DNA of 64,000 nt from Promethearchaeati archaeon SRVP18_Atabeyarchaeia-1 (GCA_037308085.1 CP147779.1:736001-800000); one strand, 5' to 3'; positions 47,168 to 56,776 are shown, counted from the first letter of the stretch. A program made the numbers and translations. The notes: generated from the sequence alone by a model not told the origin.

Positions 47168-48142
47168 TTAGGCTGGGCGTATGTTCGTCTGTTCTGTTCG
47201 AAGTGGGGTTGGTTGGTTCTCTTTTGGTTGTTTCTCTGTTCTGTGTTTCTCATAGTATACTCTCGTCCAGTAACCTCGCGTTGGTTTTTGAATACCGAGT
47301 CTATCACATCTTCTCGTTACCGCTCCATCTGTAACGTTGTACCTGGTAGCAATGTGTATCAAGGGCATTTCTTGCACTAATCGTTCTGGTTCTTCCTTCG
47401 TGATTGCTCTCCATTCACTCTGTAGTTCTCTTCTTCTTTGAATCTTCTCGGGTGTGTGAGCTTCAGCGGCTCTACGTGCTTTTTCCTTTGGATCACATGG
47501 AAACCATCGTTTTCTAGGCATGCTCTGAGTGTAGTTCTTCATCATCTCATTGAACAACCTGGCACCAAGGCACATGATGCATTCAGTTCCCTTTGTCTTT
47601 CGACCAAGTATCACTTCTTCGTCTGCGCGTCTATGAATCCTGTATCCCAGATCAAACCTATCTTTGACCTGTTCCACAAATCGGATGTTGCCAGACGTGA
47701 TCGCTGTCGTATGCTGTATTCCGTCGCCGTCATAGTAGCCTAGTAGAAAGGCGAGTTCCAGATCTCTGCGAGGCAACTTCGGATATTCAATTCGCTTTGA
47801 TTTTCTAGGGATAAGTCCATGTGTCAGAAGATCGTTGCCCATTTTTCTGCAGGCGAAGATAATCAGAGTTGATACCTTTCCGTTCTTCTCCGTCACGTGT
47901 TTCTTTTTGTCTTTGTTAAGCCCAAGGCAGTCGCAGTACTTTTCGATCGTTTCTTCGTCTTTTTGACTAAGCTTCATTACAATTTCCATTGCTCCAGTTC
48001 TAGAGTCTCTCTTGATGCAGCCGTCGGCGAAGAGAAATCCTAGCCAATATGCTTTCTCTTTCGTGTCTATTTTGCCAAAGTAATTGAGTTTCAGGTTCGG
48101 GTGGACTGTATTCGCTTTCCACTTCTCGTACCATCGCTCCAT
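47168..48142 (-). CDS. Free-standing double-motif LAGLIDADG endonuclease-like protein with C-terminal HTH
   Basis: KAYWLGFLFADG and FLLGYYDGDG motifs; IATRYNVT..AV.RRC.RLGI HTH; GGAGG before ATG 48142. Confidence 0.8.
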   Translation of the reverse strand: MERWYEKWKANTVHPNLKLNYFGKIDTKEKAYWLGFLFADGCIKRDSRTGAMEIVMKLSQKDEETIEKYCDCLGLNKDKKKHVTEKNGKVSTLIIFACRKMGNDLLTHGLIPRKSKRIEYPKLPRRDLELAFLLGYYDGDGIQHTTAITSGNIRFVEQVKDRFDLGYRIHRRADEEVILGRKTKGTECIMCLGARLFNEMMKNYTQSMPRKRWFPCDPKEKARRAAEAHTPEKIQRRRELQSEWRAITKEEPERLVQEMPLIHIATRYNVTDGAVTRRCDRLGIQKPTRGYWTRVYYEKHRTEKQPKENQPTPLRTEQTNIRPA

Positions 48143-48307
48143 CTGAACATTCTTCCTCCAGGTGCTCTTTGTCATATGGTTTTTCAGTCCCTTCTCTCTC
48201 TGCAACGTTCTACGAGTCACAGCGCCTGGGGAAAGGCTTCGCACAGTGAATACATCCTTTAATGTGCACATCACAGGAATGCTCGCTAGCTATGGTTGCT
48301 TTCTCAA

Positions 48308-48676
48308 CAGACTCTTCCCATGGCTTGAAGCTGGTGGGCTTTCCGTTTCGTTTGCTTCTTCTCCGCCCGTCGCCGGGTCGGTGGTTCCGGAAAGCCTATT
48401 GTGGAAGTTGCGGCTCCCGGGCTTTCGCGCGCCGCGCTTTTCCAGCCCGCTCACCTCGCCAGGCGTGGTGGGTTACGCTTCGCGTCTCGGTGCTCGGAGA
48501 CCACCATCCGCCCTGGGAAACAGAGACTCAGGCTCTTTGCATCGGGGGCGCCACCCCGCGCGGTCTCACCCCAAGGCCCAAAGAAATACGCGCAACGGAA
48601 GTATTTAAGCCAACCATCTGGCGGGCATGGTTCTTCCCACCCCTGAAGGGAGTGGGCTTCCCTGCGACAGAATTGT
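48308..48676 (-). mobile_element. Non-autonomous IS200/IS605-type element carrying a structured RNA (copy 2)
   Basis: Homologous to 1423-1791; left hairpin CCCACTCCCTTCAGGGGTGGG, internal TATA CTTAAATA, right hairpin CCCACCAGCTTCAAGCCATGGG. Confidence 0.7.
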
Positions 48677-48684
48677 AAAGCTGG

Positions 48685-49368
48685 TCACGTTCGCATCTCT
48701 CTTGAATCGCTGAAGACGATGCCGCTGGCACTCATTTCCCGCAGAACGCGGGGGACAATACCGTCGGGCGCTCCAACTGGTCGTGTGAGATCAATGACGA
48801 GGACAGAATCGAAGCCTAGCCTCTTTCCATCCATTGCGCTGTAGAAGACGCAGTAGTCCAGCGCAAGACCGCATAGGAATATTCGCTTGATCCCGACGGT
48901 GCGCAGGTACCCTGAAAGCCCAGTCTCGGTTTTCTTGTCGTTTTCAACGAAGGCTGAATAGCTGTCAATGTTTTGATTGGTTCCTTTGCGAATTATGAGC
49001 CGGGCGAATCTCGTATCTAAGGTGGGACTAAAGTCTGCTCCAGTTGTCCCACAAACGCAATGGTCTGGCCAAAGAATGGGACCGATTCCCTCAGCCGAAT
49101 ACGGCTCATAGGGCTTCTTCCCCTTATGTGCGCTGGCAAAAGACTCGTGATTGGGGGTATGCCAATCCTGAGTGAGGATAATGCTGCCACCTGCAGCATG
49201 AAACCTGTCAGCCAGCTGATTCACGCCGGGCACGATAAGATCCCCCTCCGCCACGGGCAGAGCACCACGAGGCATGAAGTCGTTCTGCACATCGACAATG
49301 ATCAGTGCATCATTAGGGCGGATTCCCATCGCCTTCTCAATTCGTACTTTTGAGACATCCACGGGCAT
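48685..49368 (-). CDS. pncA: Nicotinamidase/pyrazinamidase
   Basis: ALIIVDVQNDF.P.GAL, TQDWH...H, WPDHCV, IDSYSAF, GLALDYCV. Confidence 0.93.
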   Translation of the reverse strand: MPVDVSKVRIEKAMGIRPNDALIIVDVQNDFMPRGALPVAEGDLIVPGVNQLADRFHAAGGSIILTQDWHTPNHESFASAHKGKKPYEPYSAEGIGPILWPDHCVCGTTGADFSPTLDTRFARLIIRKGTNQNIDSYSAFVENDKKTETGLSGYLRTVGIKRIFLCGLALDYCVFYSAMDGKRLGFDSVLVIDLTRPVGAPDGIVPRVLREMSASGIVFSDSREMRT

Positions 49369-49509
49369 ACACTTCCAGTATCCATTCCAAGGATCAAGCC
49401 AAGCAACAAGTCATCGAAACAGAAGGAAACGAAAAGGGAATTTAAGATTTGTCCGGCAGAATTGGCAACAGAAGATCGGGGTGAAGGGTCTTCAGATAAG
49501 GCATCTTGT

Positions 49510-51180
49510 CTACCTTTCAGTTTGAAATGTTCCAATGTTAACCTCAAATGCTACAACTGGATATTCCAGTTCGAAGTTTGTGATCACTTCGGGATGAAGC
49601 TCACCGAGGACGGCTACCCTCTTGCCTCCCAGAAAACCCGCGGCGACCCTTCCTCGTATGAAACTTGGGTTCTCTATTGGCGCAAAAGATAGCTGACTTG
49701 TATCTCTGACGAACCCGCTCACGTAGGCTGTGAAAACAGATTTTATCTCTGCAAAACTGGCAGTCGGGTGTGTCGCGGCTGCGCCACAGTGCAGTTCTTG
49801 ACCTACGCCGGTCTCAGATCCCAGATTTGGGCAGCCCACATCCCCAACCTCAAATATTCTCTGAGGAAGCTTCTCATGCTTATTCGTTCTAAGTGTCTTA
49901 ACCAAGCCTGGCAACAGTGATTCTCTCAAGATGGTGTACTCGGAGCTCACCGGATTGCGTAGCTTGATCAGAGGAGTCCCCGCTGTCCTCATGTACTCGA
50001 AGTGCTCTATTTCGTTGGTCAATGTGAAGTTCATGATTTCCTGATACCCTAACCCAATCATTAGTCGCCTGCTGAAGGCTTCAAGTCGTCTCGAGGGATG
50101 CGTTTTTCCTATCGTTAAAGATGAGGGCAACTTGGGCCTTATTTTTGAGTATCCGTAACCTATGGCAACTTCCTCGGCTAGATCCACTTCGTGAAGCACA
50201 TCGACTCTGTAAGCAGGCACCAATACGCCTAGCTTGTCCTCGTCGATTTTCTTTACGCCGAATCGGGATTTTCTGAGGCACATTCCGATCTCGTCTTGTG
50301 AGAGTTGAAGTCCAAGTAACCTGTTGGCATAGGCAGATGAGAGTGATAATTCCATGGGCTCAAGAATCGGCGTGGTGGTTTTCTTCTCGCCTTCGGCCAC
50401 AATGATGGATTCTACTTTTCCTCCCATCTCGGCAAGCTGGGTGACGACCAAGTTTAATGCGCCGTTGACTGAGTTGTGGGACGTCCCGGTGACATCTATG
50501 AAGAGATTCCTGGTGTTCTCTGTGACTTGGGTCACAGTCCCATTGATTATGGGCGGGAAGGATAGAACTTGGTCGTTCCTGTCAACTATAATCGGGAATC
50601 TTGAGTGACCTTCGACTAGATGCTTGTATGCTATCCCTTTTGGATGGGTAGACAGGATCTCGTCTAGGTCTTCTGGCTTGTCTCCTCCGAGCGGGGTAAA
50701 CTTGATTGACTTTGGGTCGATGGCTTTGTACTTGAAAGGTGGGACCACTCTATCTAGATCGTGCAGTCCTATCGACGCTTTTCGCCGATCCCTCCCGATG
50801 GCCCAGTGGATGTCTTCTTGGGCAGCCATCAACTCCTCGATGTCGGAGCCAGATAGCCTGATGTCCCTGCAGATTGCGCCAACGATATCTGGTCTTACAC
50901 TCTTGACTGACTGCTCTACAACTAGGTAGACGTTCCCCTTTTTGACTTCATACTTGGGCAGTCCGACTTCTATCTCCTGCAATCCTTTGAGTGCCCTAGC
51001 GACTCCTTGCTGGCTGGAGAAATCAGGTCTGTTCGGATTGTACTCTATTCTGATCCAGTCTTGGCCTTCATCCTCGATCTCCACGCCGATCCAAGGCACT
51101 ATCTCCTCAAGCTGTTTCAGGCTGAGGGGCTTGCCGATTAGCGAGGACATCTTGTCGATAGCTAACTTGACTACTGGCAC
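49510..51180 (-). CDS. pheT: Phenylalanine--tRNA ligase beta subunit
   Basis: NPNRPD, GRDRRKASIGLHD, SFPPIING, VP.YR.D.LHEVD..EEVAIGYGY. Confidence 0.95.
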   Translation of the reverse strand: MPVVKLAIDKMSSLIGKPLSLKQLEEIVPWIGVEIEDEGQDWIRIEYNPNRPDFSSQQGVARALKGLQEIEVGLPKYEVKKGNVYLVVEQSVKSVRPDIVGAICRDIRLSGSDIEELMAAQEDIHWAIGRDRRKASIGLHDLDRVVPPFKYKAIDPKSIKFTPLGGDKPEDLDEILSTHPKGIAYKHLVEGHSRFPIIVDRNDQVLSFPPIINGTVTQVTENTRNLFIDVTGTSHNSVNGALNLVVTQLAEMGGKVESIIVAEGEKKTTTPILEPMELSLSSAYANRLLGLQLSQDEIGMCLRKSRFGVKKIDEDKLGVLVPAYRVDVLHEVDLAEEVAIGYGYSKIRPKLPSSLTIGKTHPSRRLEAFSRRLMIGLGYQEIMNFTLTNEIEHFEYMRTAGTPLIKLRNPVSSEYTILRESLLPGLVKTLRTNKHEKLPQRIFEVGDVGCPNLGSETGVGQELHCGAAATHPTASFAEIKSVFTAYVSGFVRDTSQLSFAPIENPSFIRGRVAAGFLGGKRVAVLGELHPEVITNFELEYPVVAFEVNIGTFQTER

Positions 51181-51194
51181 CTGTATGCACCTCT

Positions 51195-52757
51195 TTATCC
51201 CATGTCAGGAGCAGTTCTCAGCCAGTTCAACTCGTTCTTATACGGGGTTCGGATGTCGTCTGCCTCCGTTTTTGTCATAAAGAGTCTCTCGAGCCCCAGC
51301 CCCCATGCTAGCACCGGATGCTTGATTCCTAGGGGAAGCGTGACTTCTGGTCTGAAGATCCCCATGCCTCCAAGCTCTAACCATTTTCCAACAGTACGTG
51401 GCTTGCCGTCTTGATCAGTCAGCCTCCTCTCAACGTACGCGACGGCTTCGGCGCTGGGTTCGGTGTAGGGGAAGTAAGAGGGCCAGAATCGCACTTTCGG
51501 GAATCCAAGTCGGTTGTAGAACTCTTTGAGAATTCCCATCAAATCTGCCAGTGAGGCATCCTTGTCCATGATTATTCCTTCAATCTGATGGAACTCGGCT
51601 AGGTGTTTGTAATTGACTTTCTCATTTCTGTAGACCCGGTCGACAGAGAACACCTTGATTGGCGGGGTCGGATGTGAGGCGAGGTACTTGATGGTGGTGG
51701 CGGTCGTATGGGTTCTAAGTATCACTTGCTGTGCGATGTCTCTGCTCCACTTGTATCCCCATCCGGTCGACCCCGTCTCCCAGCCATCTTCATGTGTCTG
51801 TGCAATCCGTTTCACTATGGTCTGCTCAGGAAGCTTGGCCATAGAAGGCGTCGAGAGGTAGAATGTGTCATGCATCTCCCTAGCTGGGTGATCTTGGGGT
51901 TGAAACAGCGCGTCAAAGTTCCAGAATGCAGATTCAACCAGATTACCTTTGATCTCCTCGAAACCCAGCTCAAGAAAGATCTCTCTCACCTCTTCGATCA
52001 AGTTAGCGATTGGATGGATCTTCGCGATGGCCGTGGGTTCTGAAGGTGCCGAAACGTCGAATGGCTTGAAATTAGCCGTCTTCCAGTCGCCGGACCTGAT
52101 CATTTCTGGAGTGAGTTGCGTAACCTCCTCGGTCACGTCTACGCCGGCGCGTACAGCTTCAAGTCCATTGCTCGTGATCGCCAAAGTCCTCGTCTTGTAG
52201 GTTGTGACCTCCGCCAGCCTACGTTTTTGAAGCAATTCAGCCACTTCCTTCAACTCCTGCCTTAACGAGGAGATCGGCAATTCCCGCCTTTCAGATAATT
52301 CCCTGATCAACTCCTCATCTGCAGATCTCGAAGGTTTGGCTGTGGATTTGAGAAACAGCTTTCCAGCATCCTTGGTGGCCGTAGCCCAATTCTTTTTCCT
52401 AAGCCATCCTAGCGCTATAGTAGCTTCTCCATCTGTCAGAGGCAGCTCTTTCTTAAGTGCGCCGAACTCGCTGGCTCCGCCTTTTCTGATGAGATAATCT
52501 AAGATTATCCTTTCAGGAAGTCCAGCCTTCGAGCACTTAATGCCCTCTTCGGTGAGTTTTACTTGCTTTTCCTCTGATTCGAGAATCGCTACAAGATTCT
52601 TCTCAGATAGCGAAGTGGAGGCTCCGAATATGGTTGCCTGATCAAGTCTCAGGATATCTACGAGTTCACGAACAGTGATCTTCTTCTTTGCCTTTGCCAG
52701 AGCATCCAAGACGGATGCTTCAACTTGGCCCAAACTTAACGACTTAGATGATGGCAT
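51195..52757 (-). CDS. pheS: Phenylalanine--tRNA ligase alpha subunit
   Basis: WNFDALFQPQDHPAREMHDTF, LRTHTT, EFHQIEG, YFPYTEPS, AWGLGLER. Confidence 0.96.
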   Translation of the reverse strand: MPSSKSLSLGQVEASVLDALAKAKKKITVRELVDILRLDQATIFGASTSLSEKNLVAILESEEKQVKLTEEGIKCSKAGLPERIILDYLIRKGGASEFGALKKELPLTDGEATIALGWLRKKNWATATKDAGKLFLKSTAKPSRSADEELIRELSERRELPISSLRQELKEVAELLQKRRLAEVTTYKTRTLAITSNGLEAVRAGVDVTEEVTQLTPEMIRSGDWKTANFKPFDVSAPSEPTAIAKIHPIANLIEEVREIFLELGFEEIKGNLVESAFWNFDALFQPQDHPAREMHDTFYLSTPSMAKLPEQTIVKRIAQTHEDGWETGSTGWGYKWSRDIAQQVILRTHTTATTIKYLASHPTPPIKVFSVDRVYRNEKVNYKHLAEFHQIEGIIMDKDASLADLMGILKEFYNRLGFPKVRFWPSYFPYTEPSAEAVAYVERRLTDQDGKPRTVGKWLELGGMGIFRPEVTLPLGIKHPVLAWGLGLERLFMTKTEADDIRTPYKNELNWLRTAPDMG

Positions 52758-52967
52758 CGCACGTTTCTCCTCAAGGAGGAGACCTTGAGCAGAGAATTCC
52801 TTTAGGCAAGGCTCTAACCTTTCATCACAAAGGTTGACTAACCATCATTAAAACTCTTTGGTTAACGTATTCGCCCGCAAGAGCAGAGTCAAGTAGCGTT
52901 TACCTGCTCTAAGAGCTGATGCGGGATAAACCTTGGAGGCAGGTCTCCAATGCGAAGCTATCGGTCC

Positions 52968-53441
52968 CTATTTCTGTTTTCCCTCCATCTCCCTGAGCTT
53001 CGTTGACCTGATTGGATGCCCCTCCCTGTCTAGAACCATCTCGATGACAACGGGAAGAAGCGGGCGTAGACCTTTCTTCTTTCTTGCTTGGTTTATTTCT
53101 GGGACTACTGATGCAGTTTCCTTGCTGACTACAAGCGCTTCTATTCTCGCGTCATCTGCAGTGGTCCCGAATCGATCTGAGATGGGTACCAGCTCTGCTC
53201 TTTCAAGAAATCCTTCTGATGATAGGAACTTCTTAATGTCCCCGACCCTGCGCTCGTATGGGTATATGAGTTCTCTTCTGGCCTTTCCTCCGAGCAGTTT
53301 CTCTGTCGCCACGCCTATGACCACCTTCCTCCCAACCTGGAATGCTTTTCGGAGTAAGACCTTGTGTCCTTCATGCAGGCGGTCGAAGGTTCCTCCCACG
53401 GCGACGCAACTGAATAGGGGCATTTGGGCAAGCACCGGCAC
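52968..53441 (-). CDS. coaD: Phosphopantetheine adenylyltransferase (archaeal/eukaryotic type)
   Basis: VAVGGTFDRLHEGHK.LL, LVVS.ET, IN..R...GL.PL, I.ST.LR. Confidence 0.88.
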   Translation of the reverse strand: MPVLAQMPLFSCVAVGGTFDRLHEGHKVLLRKAFQVGRKVVIGVATEKLLGGKARRELIYPYERRVGDIKKFLSSEGFLERAELVPISDRFGTTADDARIEALVVSKETASVVPEINQARKKKGLRPLLPVVIEMVLDREGHPIRSTKLREMEGKQK

Positions 53442-53528
53442 AGAGTGTTTCTGTGAATGATTTATTTAAAAGGAAGATACCATAAAAGGATATTCTTAGT
53501 ACGTGGAACCCACAGGGTGTGGAGATCG

Positions 53529-54440
53529 ATGGGAAATAGCATGTTGTCCAGCAAGGAGCTGGAGGCCTACCGAAATGCAGGAAGAATCGCCTCGCTTGTC
53601 AGGAGAAGCATTGCGGAACTCGTTAAGCCAGGAGAGAAGATCTCAAGAGTATGTGTGCAGAGCGAGAATATGATCAGAAGAAAGGATGCAGTCCCAGCGT
53701 TTCCGACTAATGTTTCTGTGAACGATGTCACCGCTCACTACACTTCCCCGCCTGGCGACGAGACCGTGTTTCCCGAGAATGGGCTGGTCAAGGTCGACCT
53801 TGGAGCCTCGGTCGACGGCTACTTATCAGATACTGCCATAACAGTGGATCTCAGTGGCAGAGAAACTGCCATGGTAGGCGCAGCTGATAAAGCTCTAAAG
53901 GCTGCAATATCGGCTATCAAGGCAGGGGTTAGTGTTGGTGCAGTGGGAGGGGCAATAAGCAGAGTCATACTAGGCGCTGGGCTGAAACCCATATCGAACC
54001 TCACTGGACATAGTCTGGCTAGAAATGAGCTTCACTCAGGAACATCAGTTCCCAATATCCCGATGCAATTGGGACACGTGATGAGGGAGGGGGAGGTCTA
54101 CGCCATTGAACCCTTCGTGACAAAAAAGGAAGGGAAGGGTTTCGTGAAGGAGTCAAAGAACACGTACATATTCAGCTGCAACGCCGATGCATCCGACCTG
54201 GGCGCCAGCGATTCCCCCGAAAAAGCTGTTTTCGGCGAATTCAAGAAGAAGTTTGGCAATCTGCCTTTCGCGCTTCGATGGATCGATCATAATATTGATG
54301 AAAAGCCGTTCAAGAAGCTTCTGAAGGAAGGGTTCCTAGTAGGGTACCCAGTACTAGTGGAGGCAGGTGGGAAAATCGTCGCCCAAGCGGAACATACCGT
54401 GCTGGTGAAGAAATACGGTTGTGAGGTGCTAACCAGTTAG
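53529..54440 (+). CDS. map: Type II methionine aminopeptidase
   Basis: AFP.N.S.N..AHY, KVDLG..VDGY.SDTA, NLTGH, AIEPF, AQAEHTV. Confidence 0.95.
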   Translation: MGNSMLSSKELEAYRNAGRIASLVRRSIAELVKPGEKISRVCVQSENMIRRKDAVPAFPTNVSVNDVTAHYTSPPGDETVFPENGLVKVDLGASVDGYLSDTAITVDLSGRETAMVGAADKALKAAISAIKAGVSVGAVGGAISRVILGAGLKPISNLTGHSLARNELHSGTSVPNIPMQLGHVMREGEVYAIEPFVTKKEGKGFVKESKNTYIFSCNADASDLGASDSPEKAVFGEFKKKFGNLPFALRWIDHNIDEKPFKKLLKEGFLVGYPVLVEAGGKIVAQAEHTVLVKKYGCEVLTS

Positions 54441-54479
54441 ATCTGGGCTGATGAAAGCTCCCTTTTCAGGTGGGTACCA

Positions 54480-54875
54480 CTAAGACGGCGAGAGCTGGGT
54501 TTTCTGTGCCGGGACGGTGTATATCGATCTCACGAACATTTCGCCATCGCAGTCTTTGCATTTGCCAACATTCTTGTAAACATAGTCCCCCTTTAGGAAG
54601 TCTCTGACCTCAGTGTACTCACACTTGGAGCATTTCAAGACCGTTACAGTCCTGAATATTGGAGTTTGCCGGGGCGGGCTCCGAGCAGCACTTAGAAACG
54701 AGAAGAAAAGAGAGAACAAGAAGAAGCCCAGTATGAATGCAATGTAGTCTCCGGTCTCGATGCCCGCATAGAGGTAGGGAAGGCCAAAGAACAGGCAGAT
54801 TAGCCCTATTATGACGAAGATTATGCGGACGCCTCTGACGGCACCGCCAGATCTGGGTGGTTGGCTGTCGCTCAA
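54480..54875 (-). CDS. Membrane protein with C-terminal Zn ribbon
   Basis: Two TM segments then C..C...R.F..GDYV...G.C..C; co-oriented downstream of the DUF1512 gene. Confidence 0.7.
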   Translation of the reverse strand: MSDSQPPRSGGAVRGVRIIFVIIGLICLFFGLPYLYAGIETGDYIAFILGFFLFSLFFSFLSAARSPPRQTPIFRTVTVLKCSKCEYTEVRDFLKGDYVYKNVGKCKDCDGEMFVRSIYTVPAQKTQLSPS

Positions 54876-54895
54876 GGATATTGCCTCCGGGGAGT

Positions 54896-56038
54896 TTAGC
54901 CTACTCCAATAGTGTTCCCGATACCGGCGACGATGACCGTTGAGCCAGGCTTTGTTCTTTCTTTGATTATCTGTCTGATTCTATCTGAAACCTTGTCGGC
55001 AGCGTCGCTTATTTCCTTCTTCATTGGCGTGACTGCCTCTTCAATTGCTTCCTTAACTAGAATCGCGTCTATGGGTATCTTGTACTTCACGGCGGCTTCC
55101 TCAATCTTGTACTTCTCAGGACCAGGATCTCCTATTGCGGCTCCGACACCCTCAACAACGTCGCCGGTCGTTTCACCCTCAAGTTTACCCGCTGCGTCGA
55201 CCATGATTATCCTGGAGATCTCTCCCTTGAACTCTTCGACCATCTTGGCGATTGCTTCCCCTGGCTTACCAACGCGACTACCTGGTCCCTTCGCCCTAAC
55301 GAGGATCACATTTCTGTCCTCAATCTTGATTTGTGCGACAGTAACCTCCTTCGCAACATCCTCGTTAACAATCGGTTCTAAGCCGCTCTTCTTGTACGAA
55401 TCCACGATGCGGGCGGCGACGAGCGGTCCAAGTCCATCGCCGATAGGCTTGCCTACGGAGAAGGCTTTTAGCGCTTCGAAGTATGACTTGGCGATCCTCA
55501 TGATTTGTGCCAGCTGCATTTGCACCTGCATCGTGATCATCATGTTCTTCTCTTTCTTGCTGAGAAGGTAGTAGTGCCTGATAACCTTGAAGATAAAGTA
55601 GACGGCGCTAGCTGCTTCAATCGACCCTTCGAGGTTCGAGGCCTCGTCCTTGCTGGCAGCAGGAGCCATCCTTGCAACAGCATCCTCGTAGCTTGATTTT
55701 CTAACGTCCAGAATGTGATCCAACCTTTGGATTACCCCGGCTGGATCGAGGCTGACAGGCTCGATTGTCACAAATTCCAGCATTCCAGCAACCGCCTTGG
55801 ATGGATCCTCTGAAGGTTTGCCAACATCCTTCACAGACTTTGTGAGGATCTCCTTAGACTCTACCGACATCCTGTCAAGCTTGAAGAGAGCCTGCTCTAT
55901 CTGCTTCGTCATCCTCCACACCTGAAGAGCATTGCCATAGAAAATGATGAAGAAGAAGAAGACAAAATACAGCATGTTGATTACCAGGCCGAGCGTATTA
56001 TCACTCGAACCGAACAACTGCAGTGGCACCAATCCCAT
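54896..56038 (-). CDS. DUF1512 family protein
   Basis: P..LDP.G, PIGDGLGPLVA, KGPG..VG.PG, VDAA.KLEGE.TG, G.AIG.PGPEK, GIGNTIGVG. Confidence 0.85.
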   Translation of the reverse strand: MGLVPLQLFGSSDNTLGLVINMLYFVFFFFIIFYGNALQVWRMTKQIEQALFKLDRMSVESKEILTKSVKDVGKPSEDPSKAVAGMLEFVTIEPVSLDPAGVIQRLDHILDVRKSSYEDAVARMAPAASKDEASNLEGSIEAASAVYFIFKVIRHYYLLSKKEKNMMITMQVQMQLAQIMRIAKSYFEALKAFSVGKPIGDGLGPLVAARIVDSYKKSGLEPIVNEDVAKEVTVAQIKIEDRNVILVRAKGPGSRVGKPGEAIAKMVEEFKGEISRIIMVDAAGKLEGETTGDVVEGVGAAIGDPGPEKYKIEEAAVKYKIPIDAILVKEAIEEAVTPMKKEISDAADKVSDRIRQIIKERTKPGSTVIVAGIGNTIGVG

Positions 56039-56240
56039 ATTACTGGTCTCCTATCACAGTGTTGATCCTTCTCATTTACTCTCAAAGACTAGCATGATTT
56101 GACTCCAGCTTTTTATAAACTTGTGTGTTTAGGCAATCGAGAAGGCAAGGCATTCGGTCGATTCCCGCAACACCAGAAAGAATCCACGCGCAGCTCCCAC
56201 TACCAGCAACCCACGGATGAAATGCCCCGAGAAACAAAGA

Positions 56241-56418
56241 GTGGCAACAATCCGTGGTCGGAACGGGAACGGGTGTTACCCCTCGCCTATGACCGGCGGC
56301 GCACCGCCAGCCGTCCAAGCTTCCCGAGAGATCTCTCATCTCAGTACAACTTGCACCGCGCGAGGACTTAACTCTCACGGCCGAGGTTGGCACCTGGTCG
56401 GCTCTCACGTGTTGCCAC
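56241..56418 (-). rRNA. rrf: Circularly permuted 5S rRNA gene: 3' segment 56373-56304, 4-nt linker, 5' segment 56299-56251, flanked by a BHB-forming leader and trailer
   Basis: Rejoined sequence CCGCCGGUCAUAGGCGAGGGGUAACACCCGUUCCCGUUCCGACCACGGA|AGUUAAGUCCUCGC...GUACUG...CGGGAA...GGCUGGCGG has the 5S hallmarks and is 119 nt; 9-bp leader/trailer stem. Confidence 0.85.
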
Positions 56419-56448
56419 CAAAGGTACGTGTATTATCAAAGAATAGTT

Positions 56449-56456
56449 CTTATAAA
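56449..56456 (-). promoter_or_regulatory. TATA box for the permuted 5S rRNA gene
   Basis: TTTATAAG on the minus strand, about 30 nt upstream of the leader stem. Confidence 0.55.
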
Positions 56457-56776
56457 CTTAGCGATATCGGGTTCTGTTAACTTAGCGTGGGACGGGGAAG
56501 AGTGTTAAGCACATTGGGGTGGTACCGTCTCTATTCAGTGGATCCCCTATGGGCACGTAAGTTATAGGGAGAGTGTAGTGGGGGGCTCGAAAAGGAGAAT
56601 GCACAGGACGCGATCTTCTTAACTTGCGCGCAGGGTATAGAAGGTTGATCCAGGCTAAGTCAACAGAACCTAACATCATCCAGACGTAAATCAATCTGGG
56701 AACCTCTCAATCATGGCAAGTTCACGGGGGTATAGAGAAATGCTTAACTATCAGATTAATCGCAATCTAACTAGCA

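Noticed and set aside
51385-51445. Extra ~10 residues in PheS with a GTACGT/ACGTAC inverted repeat (possible second mRNA intron)
   Set aside because: The ORF is intact, and the only BHB-like register would remove 37 nt and break the frame.
56082-56480. ORFs 56082-56408, 56099-56371 and 56217-56480
   Set aside because: They overlap the permuted 5S rRNA gene and show no protein motifs.
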